Shown here: one piece after another, positions 58,836 to 64,000 of the stretch
Layout of the letters: each line of letters begins with the position of its first letter
How positions within the stretch are numbered: the first letter of the stretch is position 1
NCBI RefSeq assembly: GCF_009914755.1
Contig: NC_060947.1
Direction: 5' to 3' (one strand)
From: the human T2T-CHM13v2.0 reference genome, Homo sapiens
Length of the DNA: 64,000 bases
Notes under the pieces: model-generated
What the model saw: only the letters and a program-made list of their open reading frames with translations
The model's database searches: none
Told to the model about the DNA's origin: nothing
Program-made: the position numbers and the translations under genes

Positions 58836-59051
58836 ATGGCGGGCGCCCCTCCCCCAGCCTTGCTGCCGCCTTGCAGTTTGATCTCAGACTGCTGTGCTAG
58901 CAATCAGCGAGATTCCGTGGGCGTAGGACCCTCCGAGCCAGGTGTGGGATATAGTCTCATGGTGCGCCGTTTTTTAAGCCGGTCTGAAAAGCGCAATATT
59001 CGGGTGGGAGTGACCCGATTTTTCAGGTGCGTCCCTCACCCCTTTCTTTGA
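58836..59051 (+). CDS. Intact 71-aa L1 ORF0 in the antisense 5'UTR of copy D
   Basis: gcaATGG start. Encodes MAGAPPPALLPPCSLISDCCASNQRDSVGVGPSEPGVGYSLMVRRFLSRSEKRNIRVGVTRFFRCVPHPFL*. Expression is not shown by the sequence. Confidence 0.7.
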   Translation: MAGAPPPALLPPCSLISDCCASNQRDSVGVGPSEPGVGYSLMVRRFLSRSEKRNIRVGVTRFFRCVPHPFL

Positions 59052-60534
59052 CTCGGAAAGGGAACTCCCTGTCCCCTTGCGCTTCCCAGGTGAGGCAATG
59101 CCTCGCCCTGCTTCGGCTCGCGCATGGTGCGCGCACCCACTGGCCTGCGCCCACTGTCTGGCACTCCCTAGTGAGATGAACCCGGTACCTCAGATGGAAA
59201 TGCAGAAATCACCCGTCTTATGCGTCGCTCACGCTGGGAGCTGTAGACCGGAGCTGTTCCTATTCGGCCATCTTGGCTCCTCCCCTTAAAATTCTTTACT
59301 CTTATGTCTTCCACTTATTTTTTGGCTTCTCTAGTTTTAACTGGGCATTTTACATGATCCCGTTTTATCTTATCTCTTAGCATACGCATTAGACTTAAAA
59401 AATTTTAGCAGTTCCCTTAGAGTTTGCAGTATACATTTACAACCAATCCAAATCCACTTTCAAATAACACTATACAGCTTTATGCATAGTGCAAGTACCT
59501 TGTAACAGAGTATTCCCAATTATTCCCTCCCATCCTATACAATATTACTCTCATTAATTTCACTTATTCCTAAGCTACATTCACTAAATACATTGTTATT
59601 TTGAAAAAATATTATCTGTTAGGTCAGTTAATAAGAAAACTATTTTATTTTACCTTCATTTATTCCTTCTCCAACACTTTTCCTTTCTTTATGTAGATCC
59701 AAGTATCTGAGATATACCATTTTCTTCCTCTATGTAGAACTTCTTTTAACATTTCTTGCAAAGCAGGTTTATTGGTGACAATTCCCAAAATTTTTGTTTG
59801 TTTGAGAAAGTCTTTATTTTTTTTTCACTTTGGAAGAATAATTTTGATGTATACAGAATTCTAGGCTGGTGGGTTTTTTCCTTTAACACTTGTAATATTT
59901 CACTCCACTTTCTTCTTGCTCCCATGGTTTCTGAAGAAAAGTCTGATATAGTTTATATCCTTGCTCCTCTATAGGTAAGGTACATTTTCCTCTGGCTTTT
60001 TAAAAGATTTTTCTGCTGTCTGAATATGATATGCCTAGGTGTAGATTGTTTAGTATTTATCCTGCTTTGTGTTCTCCTAAGCTTCTTAGACCTGAGGTTT
60101 GGTGTGCATAATTTATTTTGGAAAATTTGTATCTATTATTACTTCAAGTATTTCTTCTGTTCCTTTCTCTCTTTCTTCTCCTTCTATTATTTCCATGATG
60201 CATATGTAACACTTTTAAAATTGTTCCACAATTCTTGGATATTCTAGGGTGTTTCTTAAAATTCTTTTTATTTTTGTTTTTTAGCTTCAGGAATTTCTAT
60301 GAACGTATCTTCAAGCTCATTGGTTCTTTACCCAACCATGTCCAGTCTACTGATGAGTGAATCAAAGGGATTCTTCATTCCTGTTGCAGTATTTCTGATA
60401 TCCAGCATTTCCTTTTTATTTTCCTAGGGTTTTCATGTCTCTGCTTACATTACCATGTGTTGTCCTTATATGTGGTGCACTCTATCCATTAGTGCCCACA
60501 GCATATTAATCATGGGTTTTTAAATTCTTGGTTT

Positions 60535-61415
60535 GACCCATTAAAAAATTGGCAAAGGACATGAACAGATACTTCTGAAAAGAAGACATACATGTAGACA
60601 ACAAGCATACGAAAAAAATGCTTAACATCACTGATCATTAGAGAAATGGAAATCAAAACCACAATGAGATACCATCTTACACCAGTCAGAATGGCTATTA
60701 TTAAATAGTTAAAAAAAAACAACAACAACAGATGCTGGCAAGGTTGTGGAGAAAAGGGAACGCTTATACACTGTTGGTGGGAGTGTAAATTAGTACAACC
60801 ATTGTGGAAGACAGTGTGGCAATTCCTCAAAGATCTAAAAACAGAAATACCGTTTGACCCAGCAAACTCATTACTGGGTATATACCCAAAGGAATGTAAG
60901 TCGTTCTACCATAAAGACTCATGCACATGTATGTTCATTGCAGCACAATTCACAATAGCAAAGACATGGAATCAACCTAAATGCTCATCAATAGTGGACT
61001 GGATAAAGAAAATGTGGTACATATACACCATGAAATACTATGCAGCCATAAAAAAGAATGAAATCCTGTCCTTTGCAGGAACAGGGATGGGAACTGGAGG
61101 CAATCATCCTAAGTGAATTAATGCAAGAGCAGAAAACCAATGCTACATATTCTCACTTATCAGTGGGAGCTAAACATTGAACACACATGTACACAAAGAA
61201 GGGGACAAGAGACACTGGGGCCTACTTGAGGGTGGAAGTTCGGAGAAGAGTGAAGATTGAAAAATGATGTATTACATACTGTGCTTATTACCTGGGTGAC
61301 AAAATAATCTGTACACCAAAAACCTGCAATACTAAATTTACCCATGTAACAAACCTGCTCATGTATCCACTGAACCTAAAATAAAAGTTGGAAAAAAAAT
61401 TTCAATCAAAAATAA
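60535..61415 (+). mobile_element. Older primate L1 (L1PA13-16/L1PB-like) 3' fragment
   Basis: ORF2 C-terminus 60802..61116, 3'UTR and A-rich tail. Confidence 0.87.
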
Positions 61416-61664
61416 AATTGTTTGATAATTTCGACATATCTGACATATTGAAGTCTGGCTGTGATGTTTGTTTACTCTCTTCAGACAGTGTTTTTCTCCT
61501 TTTAGCATGCCTTCTCATTTTAGGTTGAAAGCCAGACGTGATGTATCAGGTAAAAGGAAATAAACTAAAAGGCATTTAGTGTGGGGTTTTAAGTTTATCT
61601 GGCTATGAGTTAGGTAATGTTTCTTGTTTGGGGCAGTTTTAGTTGTCAGAGGCTAAAACTACTA

Positions 61665-61910
61665 TTTTTTTGACAGGGTCTTGCTGTGTTGCCCCAGCTT
61701 GAGAGCAGTGGTGTGATCTTGGTTCACTGCAAGCTCCACTCGCTGGGCTCAAGCCATTTTCCAAATGCAGCCTCCTGAGTAGCTGGGACTACAGGTGCGC
61801 ACCACCACACCTGGCTAATTTTTGTATTTTTAGTAGAGACAGGGTTTTGCCATGTTGCCCAGGCTGGTCTCAAACTCCTGGGCTCAAGTGATCCACCTAC
61901 CTCAGCTCCC
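61665..61910 (-). mobile_element. AluJ-type element, 5' end missing
   Basis: Reverse Alu text with ctcctgggctcaagtgatcc. Confidence 0.88.
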
Positions 61911-62961
61911 CTTCTAGTGTCTGTATTTTTGTTGCTTCTGTTGTCTTTGGTTTTCCCTAGGAACATTTTCTTCAATAGGGTTTGGGCTTGTAGTTCTATC
62001 AGCTGTAACTTTCCGTTATTGCCGAGGAGCCCAGTTGATGTGGTGATAATGTGTGGAGTGAGAGGAAGCATTCTATACTCTTATGAGGAGGTCTCAATCT
62101 TTTAGTGAATTGGTGTCCCTGAGATAGAAACTTCACAAGGACTTCTGAGATTTTTACCCCTCCTCAGTGAGACAAGAAGGCTAGAAAGGGCTGGATTTGG
62201 GGAGATCCCTCCCCCTACACTGGGGCTGGGGAGCTGGCTTGGGGTATTACCCATTTTTCCCCAGGTTGCTCAACTCTGGTAAAACAAACTCAGCCTTAGG
62301 TCCCAAAGGCTCTGTGATTGAAAGATTAAGGAGCAAAGCTATACAACTGCAAGACACCGGTACAAAAAGCTCCAGGGTATTATGGTATGAAATGCTGCCT
62401 GCAGAACTTTATGGATTCAGGGACTAAAGTCAAAGCCTGCTTGGTCTACGGCCTCAGAACTCTGACCCATGGGCACAGTGGTAGAAGTGCAACAAGATTA
62501 AAATCGATATGACTCCTGACTCTATGGTTTCTAATTCTATAATGCTAGTACTCTATACTATTAGGCCTTTAAAGTAAAAAAAAAAAAAATTACAAAGACC
62601 CAAAACCTTGTGGCCTCAGGAAGACTCAGAGTCTTTCTCACCTAAGGTTTTCTTGCTTTTGGATTCTAGGATCCCAGGGTGCTCTAGCTTGAGGGTCCTA
62701 TATGACCCTGGGCTTTCGTGGTTGAGGGTCTCAATGGTTTCACAGTGACCAATGTGTCAATGTTCTTAGGACTCTGTGGCTCCAGGTCCACAGGCTCCTG
62801 TTAGGTAAGATACCAGGACCCTAGGGTAGGCCCAAGCCTGTAAGACTCAAGGGTCATGGGATGGTGGAATCTCTTCTCCCAGGGCCCCATTGTTACCACG
62901 CTCTCTGCTTTCTGGGTCTTCTGATACTAGGACTAAGAAAGGTTTCCAGGATCCTTGTTAC

Positions 62962-63078
62962 CTGTTCCATCTTGGTACCAAACATGGAGCTGCTTACGTC
63001 AATAACAAAAACCACATTCTTCTCCATAGGTGGAAGGCCTCTGGGGGCAAAGTAGTGAATGAAATAGTCATCGTAAAT
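62962..63078 (-). CDS. ITIH6: ITIH6 coding exon (exon 6 if the gene has 13 exons), 117 bp, start of the vWA domain
   Basis: AG acceptor at 63080-63079 and GTAAC donor at 62961. Encodes [39 protein letters not shown], the ITIH-type YFxHYFAP..[13 protein letters not shown] motif with the MIDAS DxSxS. Phase 0-0. Confidence 0.95.
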
Positions 63079-63085
63079 CTGGACC

Positions 63086-63103
63086 AAAAAAAAAAAAAAA
63101 AAA
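63086..63103 (-). repeat. T18 homopolymer forming the polypyrimidine tract of the ITIH6 exon 6 acceptor
   Basis: A18 on the + strand; the minus strand reads T18-GGTCCAG|ATT. Confidence 0.9.
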
Positions 63104-64000
63104 GTAGAACCAAGAAGAACAGTGAAAGCCAATCTAAATCAGGTCCCCTCTTATTTTCCTGCATAACACTGTGCTTTGTTCCCCAGGACTTCTCACTGTT
63201 TCTAAACAGGCATGTGTGTGACTGTTTGCTCACTGTCCATCTCCTTCACTAGAACCGTGTCTCAGCTCTTCAGACCTTCATCCCGGGGCCTGCCCCAGAG
63301 CTGTGGAGGGAATGAGACTGGCTTGTAGCCCAGGACTCCAAGGATCAGGATCTCTGTAATATGTGAGTTCCTGTCTGTGAGAGAGTTGGGCTTGCACAGC
63401 CTTGAAGGTCCCTAGGGATATTTTGCCTGGGCTGCAGGAACTCCAAGTATTGTTTTAACCTCCCTGTATAGAGTGAGCCTGGGGCCCAGCTCTTTGCTGC
63501 CAGGGGCTGGGAGTTGCAGGGCCTCCCTCTCCTCCTAAAACCTCCTTTCTGCTGTTGCTGGGCAGAGCAGGGAGAGGAGGAGGGAACCTAAGCTGAGTGA
63601 GCTGTTTATTCAGAGGGGATTGGTTACACCAGGTACAGATGCCTTGGGCTGTCCTGGATGTGATTGGCTGCTGACTCCCCTCCCCCACTCCATTCCTCCC
63701 TCTGCAGAGCCTCGGGGCTGGGACAGCTGAGGGAAGGGGAGGGGAGGGGGGCTGGGAGGGCCCCTCAGGACCAGTCTCAGCTCAGCTCAGGGATGTCTGT
63801 GCTGGCTGAGGGTCTGTGCTACCCTGAAGCTGAAGCAGGCTCTGCCCAGGGCCACAGGCTTTTGCTCCTCTCTGCCCTTCAGTCACTCTCTGACCATTAG
63901 GCTGTACACTACCTCTTCCCTCTGAAGAGGAAAGAGGAGATGGGAAGACATCTGCTCTTCCCCCTCCACCCCAGCCTTTGAATTAATTCACATGTGCAAT

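Overview
Human genomic DNA (a human-specific AluYb8-type insertion is present). It contains the 3' part of ITIH6 (inter-alpha-trypsin inhibitor heavy chain family member 6, also called ITIH5L; X-linked from prior knowledge) on the minus strand. Eight GT-AG exons between 63078 and 38776 splice in consistent phase into 1051 codons plus a stop. They encode the vWA/MIDAS domain, a long Pro/Ser/Thr-rich insert, the GDPHFVI processing site and the C-terminal propeptide. The rest of the window is mostly transposable elements: four young minus-strand L1PA copies (two full length, one carrying an SVA and one an AluYb8 fragment), nested older L1s, Alus, L2/MIR, LTRs, a near full-length HSMAR2, MER3, MER81 and a decayed hAT transposase. 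The most unusual signal is that the four young L1s, although apparently from different subfamilies, share a patchwork of non-consensus substitutions, including a change at the same zinc-knuckle Cys codon in all four. This suggests local inter-element gene conversion, although an assembly artefact must be excluded. Repeat subfamily names come from recalled consensus features and were not checked with RepeatMasker. No prokaryote-type features (CRISPR, rRNA, tRNA) were seen.
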